A DNA stretch of 64,000 nt from Octopus sinensis (GCF_006345805.1 NC_042999.1:65782001-65846000); one strand, 5' to 3'. Shown: positions 42,122 through 55,764, numbered from the stretch's first letter. Program-made: numbers and translations. The notes: generated from the letters alone by a model not told the origin.

Positions 42122-43042
42122 TCGGGTCATCCCATAAATAATGCGTTATTGTTTTATACTTCTTTTATTTTTCCAAATTAAAATAAAGTTCTTTCTTAAT
42201 CTAAAATACACTCTCCTTCATGTTCTACAATGCTCTTTCATCTATGTGGTAGACTTGCAAGGCTTGCTACAAAATTCACTGGTCCGTGACGAAAATACTC
42301 CTCCAGTAATGTCCTCACCTCGTCTACAGAATTCATACTTTTTCTGTCCTTATGATTTTGAAGACTGCGGAATAAATGATAATCACATGGGCAATGTCCG
42401 AAAAATATGGCAGATTGGGCATCGTTTCCCATTCAAAGTGTTCCAGGCTTTGGAATGTCATCCCCACCCTATGTGGTTAGGGATTATCGTGATGGAAGTA
42501 CACCTTTCATTTTGGAACTAGACATGGTCGATTTTCTTCTAGCGTTGACTTGAATGACTGATTGAATGACCAAATCCAAACTTCTCTGCTATTTCCTCAA
42601 CAGTTACGATGGGATTTTGTTCCACCATGGTTTACAGGATGTCCTTTTCGAGCTCTAAATATCTTCCAGGACGAGGCTCGTATTCTAGACTGTAGTTTCC
42701 GGCTCGGAGGTTCTGGAACCACCGTTGACACTGGCTTACGCTTATTGTCCAGTTCCCATACACTGCATTAATATTCCTCACACTTCCATTTACATTGTTG
42801 CTTGTATTGAACTCACAAATCAAAATATATCAAATATGTTCCTTTGGCACTTCCATTATAGCTTTGAAACAATAACTTTTAAAATCGAGCTGCACTCTTC
42901 CAAACTTGCACAATGAATACGTTCTAGTTAATATTACTACTTGCTTTTATAGCAAGTCAATACAGGTAGTTTATCCTGTCCCCCTCCGACTTTTAGTTCA
43001 TGCAATTTCAAAAACTGTATTATTTATGAGAGGAGGACCCAA
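42122..43042 (-). mobile_element. Internally deleted mariner element with TIRs and TA flanks
   Basis: TA|tcgggtcatcccataaataatgcg ... gtattatttatgagaggaggacccaa|TA. HTH (RNINAVYG..CQRWFQNLRAGNYSLEYEPRPGR), KGVL.HHDN and DYHLFRSLQNH are present; the first catalytic-Asp region is missing. Confidence 0.88.
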
Positions 43043-43297
43043 TATAAAGTATATAGTTTGTGCTGTCCAACTGAAAGGCTTGTCTGGAAAGGTACACCAT
43101 CCAACATAGTTTTAATCTACTATAACAACTGATCTTGATATTGACAAAAAATATAGTTAGCTTAGAGTCAACAAAGAAAAACTCCTGCCGTGATGTTCAC
43201 CATGCCACATGTAGCAACTAAATTTCTCTTAAATCATACCCTACCGGAGAAGGGTGACACCTGGAACACACACTCACACCCACATACATACATACAT

Positions 43298-43352
<55 letters not shown>

Positions 43353-43757
43353 ATGTGCTGCTTAAGGAGGAAAAAGCATTAACATTACCGATCAGTGCGC
43401 CTTGTGAGGGCGCATCGTCTAGCAATTAGGATGTTGCACTCACGTTCGCAACATAGAGTGTTCAATTCCTGGAACGGGTGAGTCGTATAAAGAATCAACC
43501 TAATATGCAAATATATTTGATGTGTAGGGAGTGTTAGACAACAAATCAAGTTGGTTGACCATTATAGAGTTATTTGACACATATAATGCTTCATGTATTT
43601 TTAGACTGCACATCATCATAATTTAGTGAATTCCCATCAACGTATTACGATTGATAAGGCTGTTAATCAGTCGAGTATACACACCGGATTAAACACAACA
43701 GAAAATAATACATACACAGTCATACAAACACAGGTTTATGTATATCTCTCTCTATAA

Positions 43758-43820
<63 letters not shown>

Positions 43821-44605
43821 CAGAGAGAGACAGAGAGAGACAGAGACAGAGACAGAGACAGAGACAGACAGACATACAGATATAGAGGAAAAGAGAGAGA
43901 CAAAGGAAGATGGAGAGACGAATAAAACGAATAAAACTGCTTCAGTTTAATGTAAAAATACATATATGTGTAGATGTAAATAGAGAGAAAGCAAAGAATG
44001 AAAATTTTCGACCAATGAATATTTAAGTATAAATATATTGATAGTTATATATAAACAGAGCAAGCTGATAATTAGTACAAAGACACAGAAAATTAAATGG
44101 GAGAAGGAATGGTGTTGCAAGTCCGACGGCTGTTTCTGGGACGTCAGAGTTACTTCATAATGTTGGCAGATGTAGTTCACCAGGACATGCAACTAGTAAG
44201 AAACATATAAGCATCTGATAGATTCGGCCTCCGTCTTGAGGGTGGAGAAAGGAAAATCTGACATTCCAGATCATGATGTAGGGCAATAAGATGTAAGGGA
44301 ATCAGTTCAGAGAGATGGAGAGGTGAATGATGCTGGTAGGGAGAAAAGTAATAGTATAGTTGGAGAGCTGGGATACAAGCGGTAGGGGTAGAAGGGTGGT
44401 ATTTAAAAAGTTGTTTAATTTCTGAATAGATGTTAAAACTGTAGTGGTAGTAGGGGTATAGAACAAAAGGAAATTGAGAAAGTGAGAAAATAGAGGGAAA
44501 AGGGTCCAGTAATAGATTCGAGTAGGGTGGCGGAGAGGCAATTCGAAAAATGAAGGTGGTTGGCGGCGGAGAAGAGGTACCAAGGTATGAAGTAATGTAT
44601 GAGAG

Positions 44606-44763
44606 TAGGCGTGGGAGTGGCTGTGCGCTAAGTAGCTTTATTACCAACCACATGGTTCCGGGTTCAGTCCGACTGCGTGGCACCTTGGGCAAGTATTTTC
44701 CACTATAGCCTCGGGCCAACCAAAACCTTGTGAGTGGATTTAGTAGACAGAAAATGAAAGAAG
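44606..44763 (+). mobile_element. SINE family A, head only
   Basis: ggcgtgggagtggctgtg...ccgggttcagtcc...gacagaaaatgaaagaag. Confidence 0.85.
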
Positions 44764-45383
44764 GTAAATAGCCAACTGATTCGACAACAGAAACTCATGC
44801 AACAACAGAATCTTTCTGCCATCGTTGTTTTGGTACACTGCCAATAAAATTAAGTTGACAAAGAGCAACAGTTTATCGTATGTATAAACAATTTAAACAA
44901 GAGGGAAAATTTGATAGAAGGGATCACAAAACTTGAAGTGATTCTTAGCGCAATCCGACGTTTCGCGCTAGCTTCAAACGCTCGATAGAACACATCCATC
45001 CATATCCATGAAAAGCTATACGTCCCTTTCTACGGTGTCCAGAGCTGTGATCAGGAACCTTGGCATGACTAGATATGTTTGACGATGCAGTCACATCTCA
45101 GCAGCCAAGATCAAAGCAATCAGGGCCGAGAGATACCCAAAGCTTCTGTCATGCATCATGCATCAAAGAGCAGGAAAAGCTCTCGTGTTAGTGCATGAGA
45201 AGTCCACTGTATATAAAATTGAAAAATCGCGTGTAGAAAATACAACTAGATCTCGTAATGCAGAGAAATGCTTGCATAATCACGCCTGTAGAAACAATTC
45301 TACTGATTAAAAAATAAATTTCCAACCGTGCCCCTTCTTGTTAACTCCAATTTTGTCAGAACAGAATATAACATAACTATATA

Positions 45384-45438
<55 letters not shown>

Positions 45439-45442
<4 letters not shown>

Positions 45443-45910
45443 CCAATTAAGGACTGAACACGAAAAGTGGACAGTCAACATGCTAGATATAGACGTCAAA
45501 TCGCCATTCACCACAAAAGATTATGTTCTCAGATCAAACTCAACACAAAACCATAGCAATAAACAAGTGAAAAATATACGAAATAAAATAATTACCCATG
45601 TACTAAATTAGTTTCAGCTGTTATTTTCCGCAAGGAAAACTGCAGCCATCATCAGCATGGTCCGTTATAAATGTAATTTGCTGGACTAGATGCAAACACG
45701 ATACCGAAATATCGCGTGCATGGTGTTCAGCCTATTACATTTGAATATATCTTTCAAATGCCTTTACTTTGGCGCGTTGAAACTCGGGTTGACTGTCCAC
45801 TTTTCGTGTTCAGTCCTTAATTGGTATATATAAATATTTTAATCTTCGGATTCTTTTTTAATATGCTAGACCACTGGTCTTAATTGATAAATATCAATTT
45901 CTACCCTTAA
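45439..45910. mobile_element. HHR-bearing non-coding repeat with a 41-bp inverted duplication
   Basis: 45439-45479 is the reverse complement of 45788-45828. (TA)n on both sides; terminal gctagaccactggt...taccct motif. Confidence 0.8.
45596..45660 (-). ncRNA. Type-I hammerhead motif
   Basis: Minus strand CCATG-CTGATGA-T-GGCTG cag ttttcc ttgc ggaaaa taa CAGCT-GAAA-CTA att TAG-TA-CATGG. All three stems pair; triplet GUA. Confidence 0.75.
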
Positions 45911-46076
<166 letters not shown>

Positions 46077-46126
46077 ATATATTATATATAATATAATATA
46101 TATATATTATATATATATATATATAT

Positions 46127-46424
46127 GGAGGCGCAATGGCCCAGTGGTTAGGGCAGCGGACTCGCGGTCGTACGATCGCGGTTTCGATTCCCAGACCGGG
46201 CCTTGCGAGTGTTTATTGAGCGAAAACACCTAAAAGATCCACGAGGCTCCGGCAGGGGGTGGTAGCGTTCCCTGCAGTACTCTTTCGCCACAACTTTCTC
46301 TCACTCTTTCTTTTGTTGGCCTGCTCGCTTAGCCAGCGGGGTGGCGTCATTTGAAGGCTAAAACAATGCGAAGCGATGTGTAGCAACATCTGATGGTCTG
46401 ATCGGTCACGGTGATCACGGTGAT
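46127..46424 (+). mobile_element. SINE family B
   Basis: Same family as 10267-10572, with a small internal deletion. Confidence 0.9.
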
Positions 46425-47322
46425 ATATATATATGGAGAGAGAGGGAGAGAGAGATAGAGATGTAAAGAGGAAGTGAAAAGAAGACACACATATATTTGC
46501 AAATTTAGGAATATGCACAAGGACACGTACATAAAACACACAGTCACATTCAAAACCAACATTATAACACATACAATAATCACACCGAAACCTCGCCAAC
46601 CACGTACCAAGCTAATGAAATGCCATGATATTACATGCGAGATATGAATTTAAAATGCACAGGAAAGTCTATTAAAGAACAAATAAAAAGTTTACAATGT
46701 GATAATGCAATGTAATTGGAACGCAGAAAAATACCAGATAAAATTAATAACTTACTTGATAAGTAAAATCAGATTTAAATATTAGTGTTAATTGATCCAA
46801 TCACATAAAAAAGTATTAATTCTTTGGATTATACAAACAAAGCTAATTCAAAATCCTTACATTTTGAGACGTGCCCTATAACATTTGCGATCGTAGCTGA
46901 TTAAGACTTTCTAGTCAACATATATTCATTCTTTCTAGTCAACACATACGCGACTACCTGCGAAATTTCCAAAGCGATTAGACTTATGAACACTCTCACT
47001 TATAATTTGTGTATGTAACACATTTTCGACTCTACTTAACAACTAATATATACCTGGGGATACATGTAATTATTCTCTCATCATCTGCTCATTTCCTTTA
47101 TATATTCTTTGAAGAAATGTTTGTTTTATTGTCTATTTCTCAACTACTCGGACTGCTTGTATGGCTGGGGACGTTTGACGTTTCAATATATGTATAAGAG
47201 GTACATGGACAACTGCGTATGTCAGAATTTAAATTTATGTGTTCACGTATGTTTGTGTGTTAATATGCGCTAATACATGCGTTTTAAACATAGAATGCAT
47301 TATAGCATTGGAAACATATCCA

Positions 47323-47367
<45 letters not shown>

Positions 47368-47611
47368 TTATATAAATTTGTTGCATAAGATATGGATTCA
47401 GAGAATCATACGGATTAGAGTGTGGTCTACACTTTAGCCTCTTGAATGCCTAAGAGGCTCACTCGCTATAATGTAAGAACTACATATAGATGTCTCGCTG
47501 AATCGCTGAAAGATTTTCCTTCCCGCAACAGGTTGCCAAGTGATATAAGAAAGATATTCATCTCGCACCTCTCCTAACTTTTATAGTTTATAAACTACAC
47601 TCTCTCACTCG

Positions 47612-47663
<52 letters not shown>

Positions 47664-47759
47664 ATACACACAACAAACACTGTGAAAGTGACCGGGATTT
47701 ACCAGTAACCTAGCAGGTATAAAACATCCATTCTATTATCTAATAATCCTTTCTACAAT

Positions 47760-47925
47760 TGAAAAGACACAAGGCCTGAATTTTGGGGGAGGGAAATAGT
47801 CGGTCACATCTACCCCAATGTTTCACTGGTACCTATTTTATCGATTACGAAAGGATGAAAGTCGACCCTGGGGGCGTTTGAACTCAGTACGTAGAGACGG
47901 ACGAAATACCGCTAAGCATTATCTA
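47760..47925 (-). mobile_element. SINE family C-like copy
   Basis: Reverse complement gives gcttagcggtatttcgtc...ctgagttcaaac...gtcgactttcatcctttcg. Confidence 0.7.
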
Positions 47926-47997
47926 ACAACAACAACAACAACAACAATAATAATAATAAGAAGAAGAAGAGGAACAACAACAACAACAACAACAACA

Positions 47998-48081
<84 letters not shown>

Positions 48082-48096
48082 TATAATAATAATAAT
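47926..48096. repeat. Compound (AAC)n/(AAG)n/(AAT)n microsatellite
   Basis: Read directly from the sequence. Confidence 0.95.
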
Positions 48097-48662
48097 ACTG
48101 ATAGCCCTGATGCAGTATCAGGCTGTGGCTCTCGTGGCTTCTGATCTTAACTGATTGGAAGTTTTATCATGTACAGTCAACAACAAATCCCTACTTAAAT
48201 AGACAACGATATGAAAAAGTTTGATTTTAAATGAGTTAACAGTTACTCCCAGCTCGTGATATATAGTTACATATGGCTTGATCAAATCCGTGGACCAAAT
48301 TACAATCTAAGTATATATATATATATGTTTTTATGTTCAGTTTTAATACAAGCAATTTTACATTAATCTGATGGATTACTCTATACTTTTGAAAAGTACA
48401 CATTTTTTATTCTTAAACAAAAAATTTGTTGGAAGTAAGTAGGCAGCTTCGACCGTGGCTTAGATGGCACCCAAACTTCAAGGTGACTGTCAGCAAGATT
48501 CTTGTTTAAAAATTATACATATATATATATTTATAAGTTCAGCAAAAATTAGATTCAAATGAATATGGTACTTCATTTAGATGCACCAGAATTTTCTATG
48601 GTGTTATCCATAAAAATCCGTGGGGTGATTATAATCAAAATAAGCAACAAGAATGACTCCGG

Positions 48663-48755
48663 TAATTTGGTACGATCGTTTCGCACTACATCATTTTATT
48701 AAATGTTGTAAGTATTACAACAGATTTAAGATGCTGAGTACTCATCAGCCAATTA
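48663..48755 (-). ncRNA. Intact type-I hammerhead ribozyme motif
   Basis: TTGG-CTGATGA-GTAC...GTGC-GAAA-CGATCG-TA-CCAA on the minus strand. Confidence 0.85.
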
Positions 48756-49067
48756 TACAGGTTTTCCATTAATACAAAAATTTTCAAATCATGTGGCAAC
48801 ATTATAGAGAAGGTAGATATACAGACAAATATGTGGATTTAAATGTGGAATAAAAAAGCAATAAAAGATTTTAAAAAGCAATAAAAAAATATTTATTGCT
48901 TCTAACCTTACAGCAGTCAGGAACAACCATATCTTAGTCAGTCAGTGGAAGGACTTCACTACCTCATATGTTCTTAAAATTTAAATCCACATCTATGTCT
49001 GTATATCTACCTTCTCTATAATGTTGCCACTTGATTTGAAAATTTTTGTATTAATGGAAAACCTGTA

Positions 49068-49160
49068 TAATTGGCTGATGAGTACTCAGCATCTTAAATA
49101 TGTTGTAATACTTACAATATTTAATAAAATGATGTAGTACGAAACGATCGTACCAAATTA
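49068..49160 (+). ncRNA. Intact type-I hammerhead ribozyme motif
   Basis: TTGG-CTGATGA-GTAC t cagcatc ttaaatatgttgtaa tac ttacaatatttaa taaaatgatgt a GTAC-GAAA-CGATCG-TA-CCAA. Predicted cut 3' of 49152. Confidence 0.88.
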
Positions 49161-49196
49161 CCGGAGTCATTCTTGTTACCTAATTTGAGTATATAT

Positions 49197-49304
<108 letters not shown>

Positions 49305-49373
49305 GTATGTATATATAAATCAACAACAATAACAGTAATAGCAATAATGATGATAATAATAATGATAATAATA

Positions 49374-49461
<88 letters not shown>

Positions 49462-49485
49462 TGATGATGAGGATGATAATAATAA

Positions 49486-49668
49486 GCAAAAGCTACCTTT
49501 ATCAAAGAAAAAATAGCAGAAACATCCAATGTTAAGCTTGACCAACAGAATGCCATAAAGGCGTTAGAACCAGCGGAGCGCTATAAATACCTAGAGGTAT
49601 TTAAATGTAATGGAATCAAGCATTCAAGGATGCTGGGAAGGATGAGAAGAGAATGCTATCACAGGTTA
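49486..49668 (+). pseudogene. RT fragment of an R4/Dong-type (RLE) non-LTR retrotransposon
   Basis: AKATFIKEKIAETSNVKLDQQNAIKALEPAERYKYLEV.KCNGIKHS..RRECYHRL; the YKYLG-type motif and the downstream GI.H...K..Y..R pattern. Confidence 0.55.
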
Positions 49669-50364
49669 AATCCACCGGCCCATAACTCGTTGCCGAGGAT
49701 CCGCACCGGCATCGATCTCGGGACCGTACTGCTACCTGGCGGCCCCAACCTTGGATTAATTCTGAATCTAATTTAAAGCTTATTTGGACAATGCTAGTGG
49801 TATATTGTGGACATTGTGCAAATAAAGATTCAGTATTTTCAACCCGTCCCATTAATCACTAACAGTCATATATAGAGGGTTCATTTATAAAACAGCGTGT
49901 CGTACGAGATGACAGCGTGTATTGCGTACAGTGAATCAATTTATTGACTTATTTTAAACAGAATACCTGCTATTATACTACCAAACCACTATTATATCTC
50001 TTCGTCTTTTACGGAAATTGATATGTGTCAAGTATGCTTTTAAACTTGTCAAACAGCTTGATTTGTTTTATAAACATGCATACTTCACTTAACGTCGGAT
50101 ATATTTTGCCTATAAAACTTGAGTCTGTGTATTTTCGTAGCCATGACAATATCTTTCAACGACCATAAAACTGTTGTAAAACTCGCCTAATATTACATCG
50201 TTGAATCACATTAAGCATTGAAAATTGAAAAAAAATCAATGATATTGTTTTCCGATTGTTTTTAATTATGTGTTTGCATACACGTTTTTCTGTGCATGCG
50301 CACACATTTGTGTGTGAGTGCGCACGTGCGTGTGTTTATCAACGTACATGTGCGCATTTATAGA

Positions 50365-50585
50365 GGCGGCGAGCTGGCAGAAACGTTAGCGTGTCGGGCG
50401 AAATGCTTACCGGTATTTCGTCTGTCGTTACGTTCTGAGTTCAAATTCCGCCGAGGTCGACTTTGCCTTTCATCCTTTCGGGGTCGAGAAATAAAGCACC
50501 AGTTTCGCACTGGGGTCGATGTAATCGACTTGTCTGTCCTTGTTTGTCCCCTCTATGTTTAGCCCCTTGTGGGCAGTAAAGAAAT
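50365..50585 (+). mobile_element. tRNA-derived SINE family C
   Basis: ggcggcgagctggcagaaacgttagc...ctgagttcaaattccgccgaggtcgac...gggcagtaaagaaata. Confidence 0.88.
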
Positions 50586-51128
50586 ATATATGTGCGCATC
50601 TATATAAATATATGTATATATGTATATAAATGTATAAAGGGAGATACACAAACAATCGTAGGTATATGGAATACAGTTATATAAGTTGTTGCATATTCAT
50701 AACTTTAAAGCTGTTTCAAAGCATCTTGTAAATAATGAATATTATTACACATTTTACGTAATTAGGTTATCTTACTGAAAAGCATATTAGGAACCATAAT
50801 GCCCATATACGTGAACCTTGTATAAGCACTTTCGTGCTTCTGAATCCGCTACGTCATATTCAAATACAAAGGAAGGAATAAATGCCGAAACTAAATAGTG
50901 ACAGCGTAAAATTGGGAGAAGAAAGAGAGACATAAAATAGAAAAAGAGCAGCTGTTGTAAAAAGCATGATAGATATGCGATATTATATGAAATCAGTGTC
51001 AGCTCAGAAGAACTATCTGAATATGAAATCAATCAACGTTGAAACGAGTGTATGTTTCCATTTCAAATGAGGATGATGATGTACATATGCAATGTGTGTA
51101 TCAATTATATATATATATATAAATAAAC

Positions 51129-51632
51129 GTCGGCAAGCCGACAGAATCGTTAGTACGCCGGGCGAAATGCTTAGCGGTATTTCGTCTGCCGCTACGTTCT
51201 GAGTTCAAATTTCGCCGAGGTCGATTTTGCCTTTCAGCCTTTCGGGGTCGATTAAATAAGTACCAGTTACGTACTGGGGTCGATATGATCGACTTAATCC
51301 ATGTGCCTGTCCTTGTTTGTCCCCTCTATGTATAGCTCCTTGTGTGCAGTAAAGAAATAGGTATTTCGTCTGTCTTTACGTTCTGAGTTCAAATTCCGCC
51401 GAGGTCGACTTTGCCTTTCATGTGTGTGTGTCTGTGGTTGTCCCCCACCCAACATCGCTTGACAACCGATGGTGGTGTGTTTACGTCCCCGTAACTTAGC
51501 GGTTCGGCAAAAGAGACCGATAGAATAAGTACTAGGCTTACAAAGAATAAGTCCTGGGGTCGATTTGCTCGACTAAAGGCGGTGCTCCAGCATGGCCACA
51601 GTCAAAATGACTGAAACAAGTAAAAGAGTAAG
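51129..51632 (+). mobile_element. SINE stack: family C full copy, family C partial copy, family A body
   Basis: 51129-51359 family C; 51360-51420 repeats its middle; 51421-51632 family A body, directly abutting. Confidence 0.85.
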
Positions 51633-51965
51633 ACAGGAAGAAAAAGAAGAAAAAAGAAAAATATTTTTTTATTAAGAGAAAGTAATATTGATAGTATGAG
51701 ACCGGTAGAGGAAAATTGCATTAGAGCGCGGGAATGGTACAAGACAAAAGAAAGAAAAATGAACACAAGAGAAATTATCTGTGCCAGTGCTTTACTCAAC
51801 AGATCAGGGCACTCACTGAGTTATACTCATTAGTCCCAAATTTTACACAAATACGCGCGTGCTCGCACGGACGTTCACATACATTAATATAAACGTATAT
51901 AGAGTATAATTCCTTATATACAGACGTGTATATATACATATAAAACAATTTATATATTTATATTG

Positions 51966-52022
<57 letters not shown>

Positions 52023-52054
52023 ATGTATGAATGTATGTATGTATTCATTACAGA

Positions 52055-52925
52055 TATAGGGTAAAAAATTATTAATTTATAATTAATAAATTTCACCAAG
52101 TAGTTTCGGTATGGAAAGGAGCCATATTCGGTAAGAACTTATACAAGAAGTTTTATATATAGTTATAACAATAATTAAAATTTTTGCTTAACCACATACC
52201 GAAAAAATTAGAAATATCAGCCAAAAGACCGTTATTTCTTTTCGCTACAAAATATGACTCCGCAGATAACTCACACAGGCAAAAAAGAAAGAAAATAATG
52301 AAATCAGTCTTCGGTTAATTATGGACGCGTTTCTGGATTAGAATTATAAAACTCATTTCCTTATCAACATAATATTCCGCTAGTTATAAATTAGAAGATG
52401 CTAGAAAACTTACCCTTTGCATTTCTGACCAAGCGACGTCAGAACATTACACAAGGTAGTTAGCATATCCGAATTTATATAGACGAGTGAAATTCATATT
52501 TCCCAGCGGATCTATTTTCTGCAGTACTGTCTCGTGACGCACATGGTGAAAAATCGGGGGAAATATGAATTTCACTTATCTATATAAATTCGGATATGCT
52601 AACTGCCTTGTGTGATGTTCTGATGTCGCTTGGTCAGAAATGCAAAGGGTAAGTTTTCTAGCACCTTCTAAGTTATAACTATCGGAATATTATGTTGATA
52701 AGGAAATGAGTTCTATAATTCTAATCCAGAAACGCGTCCATAATTAACCAAAGACTGATTTCATAACTTTCCTTCTTTTTTGCCTGTGTGAGTTACAGAG
52801 AATGTTATCTATGGAGTCATATTTTGTAGCGAAAAGAAATAACGTTCTTTTGGCTGCTATTCTAATTTTTTCGGTATGTGGTTAAGCAACTTGTGGTAAA
52901 CCCTTAATTATTGTTATAATTATAT
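52055..52925. mobile_element. Inverted duplication (arms about 360 bp, 53-bp spacer) of an HHR-relic repeat
   Basis: 52143-52504 is the reverse complement of 52558-52925. The left arm extends to 52055 with the tacttggtg...taccct terminus. (TA)n flanks. Confidence 0.88.
52690..52743 (+). ncRNA. Hammerhead relic (mirror copy at 52319-52372, minus strand)
   Basis: TTATG-tTGATaA-GGA...TCC a-GAAA-CGCG-TC-CATAA. Stem I and GAAACGCGTC are intact; the core has two substitutions. Confidence 0.55.
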
Positions 52926-52963
52926 ATATATATTATATATATATATATATAATATATATATAT

Positions 52964-52999
<36 letters not shown>

Positions 53000-55714
53000 C
53001 AAATATATATACATATATATATATATATGTGTGTGTGTGTATATATATATACACATGTATATAAATGAAACCCACACATGAACACACACACACGTACAAA
53101 GACACATGTGAGTGCGCATGTGCGTATATATATATGTGTGTACGTGTGTGTGTATACTCGCGCAGGTACCTCGCCTAGCTCAGTCACAAGGTAGGTTGAA
53201 TTACTTTTTGTTAATTTTAAACGAATTATCTTGAAGCAAATTTTCCGTATAATTGCTTCAGTATGCAATTACCTTTGCATAGCATATCTTTCGTGAAATA
53301 GACACGTGCATACGATTGAATTTTTTCAGGTTTTCTATGATATGTGAATGTTTCAACCTTTGTTTCTTGAAAATTTTCCCTTTTGTAATTTCCGAAAATA
53401 CTTCATTGCCTTTTTCTTTTGTATATTTTATAATGCTATATTATTATGCAACATTCAAAACAGAAAAAATTATAAGTGTACTCTTTGCTCAACAAGAATT
53501 GTGGTCATTTTTTATTCTGGAATTGACAATGTTTATAGTAGTGCACTTTGCTGCTTTTATAGAAATACCTTTATTTGGTCACACAATAAGTGAAAGGACG
53601 ATTCGACTGTTCAGGCCCAGTATCACTGAGGAAATGTTTTTTGTGAAATGTTGTGGGTCATATAAAAAGACTTTCACTTGAAGTGTAGGTGCTTGAACTA
53701 AATTAGAATAACTAATGAACAGAGCAGAATGCATGGGAATAAATTGTTTGCCCTTTAGTACAATCAATTTTCATGATGTAGAAGGTACAATTTAGTGAAC
53801 ACAGCCACTGCTGCAAAATACTGCCAGGTCTCAAACAATATTTCTGTAATTCACTTTAAAATTTAGCTGTCATTTACAAATGAAGATAAGCGCTCCCGTG
53901 TGGTTCCTACGAAAACTGAATGCACCAGTACCAAGTAAAGGTGCAAGACAATGCTCCATGTGAAAGATACTACCAGTAAATGATGGCAACATTAATATCC
54001 TGCATATTGTAATATTAAGTGAGATAGAATGAAACCTTTCAGAAGCGACTCATTATTTTTATAATTCTGTCTGATATCTTAAATGAAATTTTAAAACTTT
54101 TATGATACGTTGTTGATTGTTCCACGACTATATTTATTTTGACATCAGTTCTGTCAGTGTGGAATGTTGTCCAAGCATTGCCAAGAAACAAAATATGTAT
54201 TTTGAAAGCTGAACGAATGAAAGAACTCCAATAAGCGCAAGAACGGTAGTTTTGTATCGTTTCCAAAAATATGTTCCTTTAAGACATGCTTCTAAGAAAT
54301 TACAGAAGACGAAAGTGTGATATTAATATTATCTCTAGAATTATGTAAACTGCATTTGAGAATCTGAAATGCAAGCCTGCGAGACATTGTACAATTATAA
54401 TTTCAGCTTGGCTGCCTTCTTAATTTATATTTCTCCATATCCCTTGTCAAATTTGCATGCGACATAAGTAGACAACTTAATGGAATGAGCGGCCCTGCAA
54501 AATGCGGGTAATATTGCAGCGGTTCCAGGTGATATTCACGGAATATGAATCTTAAAATGTGAACGAATATTTTCCCCAAGAATATGTTGTGAAAAGGAAT
54601 TTCCCTTATTACAATCATGGAAACATTACTCCTACCGAGTTAGGTGTGACCAATTGCTTTTATCTTCTTATAAACGGTTTGTTTTATTTGAAAACAAAGG
54701 CAGTTAATCATGGTAGATGACCTTTTTTAGCTTTTGAAACGAATCGTAACTGATTGCCTTAAGAATCTCTCTGTTAAGAATTAATTCTGCAATTCGTACT
54801 GGAATCCGCCAGTCACACACATTAATATCCTGGAGAGCTTTGAGTAACAGAGTATTTTCAAAAATGTGCAGCGCTTGTGTTACCTTGCAATGATAATATC
54901 CGTTTTAGGGGATGTTTAACTGTTATTAAGTATAAGAATGCACAATAGGCATGTTGTGGTGACTGTAGGATTTCCAAGGATTGGATTTACATGATGTATA
55001 TACAATGACAGCAAACATGCTCGGCATCTTGTTTGAGAATAAAACACTCCACTTCATCTATATTACTACCTGATTCAGCATAAGCTTCCAAGAATCATTT
55101 TTCCTATTGTAAACTTCAAAATATGTTACACACACACATATCAAAAACTTCAAAAATTATCGGCGATCAAATAAATACCACAGAAGATAGAAAATAATAC
55201 ATTCTCTCTTTCTTTCAATTATAAGTTTATATTTCAAAAGTATTCACATATGCACTGTGCATAAAGTGTTAAATTGTATAAGATGCAAAATATATTCAAA
55301 CATTATAAAACAAACGGCCCGAGTTATTGTATTGAAAAAAAATCAGAATGCATGAGAAATATAGACAAATGTTAATGTGATGCAGTGCAACAAAACATTT
55401 TCTTCCTTCAATGATATTTGAAAACGTGTACAATCTTCTCAAATATGCAACATTTAAATCTAGAAATAGAGATTGAGAACCAATAGAAATAAGAAAAGAG
55501 GGAGAAATAGAGAGTTTCGTCTGGCATATTATCAAGAAATTTATATTTCACAGAAGTACAAACGCACAAATATTGCCATACAACTTTCAGTGTATCAAAT
55601 TTAATTTTTTCTAAACTTATCGCTCTTTTACCGCAAGGAAACCACAGAATGGCTATTTATTTCATTTTTTGTATTAAACATATTCACACACACACATACA
55701 CACACACACATACA

Positions 55715-55764
<50 letters not shown>

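Larger units (their letters stand above)
48646..49177. mobile_element. 199-bp inverted duplication with a 134-bp spacer, one HHR per arm
   Basis: 48646-48844 is the reverse complement of 48979-49177 with a few substitutions. (TA)n tracts lie outside both ends. Confidence 0.9.

Noticed and set aside
44177-44719. 180-aa minus ORF
   Set aside because: Half is a SINE head. The rest is purine/pyrimidine-skewed with only faint CR1/L2-like wording, too weak to call.
44940-45000. GAAACGTC on the minus strand as a possible HHR
   Set aside because: No CTGANGA core and no stem I pairing upstream.
53300-54650. Several 60-120 aa ORFs in unique AT-rich DNA
   Set aside because: No consistent strand, frame or domain; splice signals are weak.
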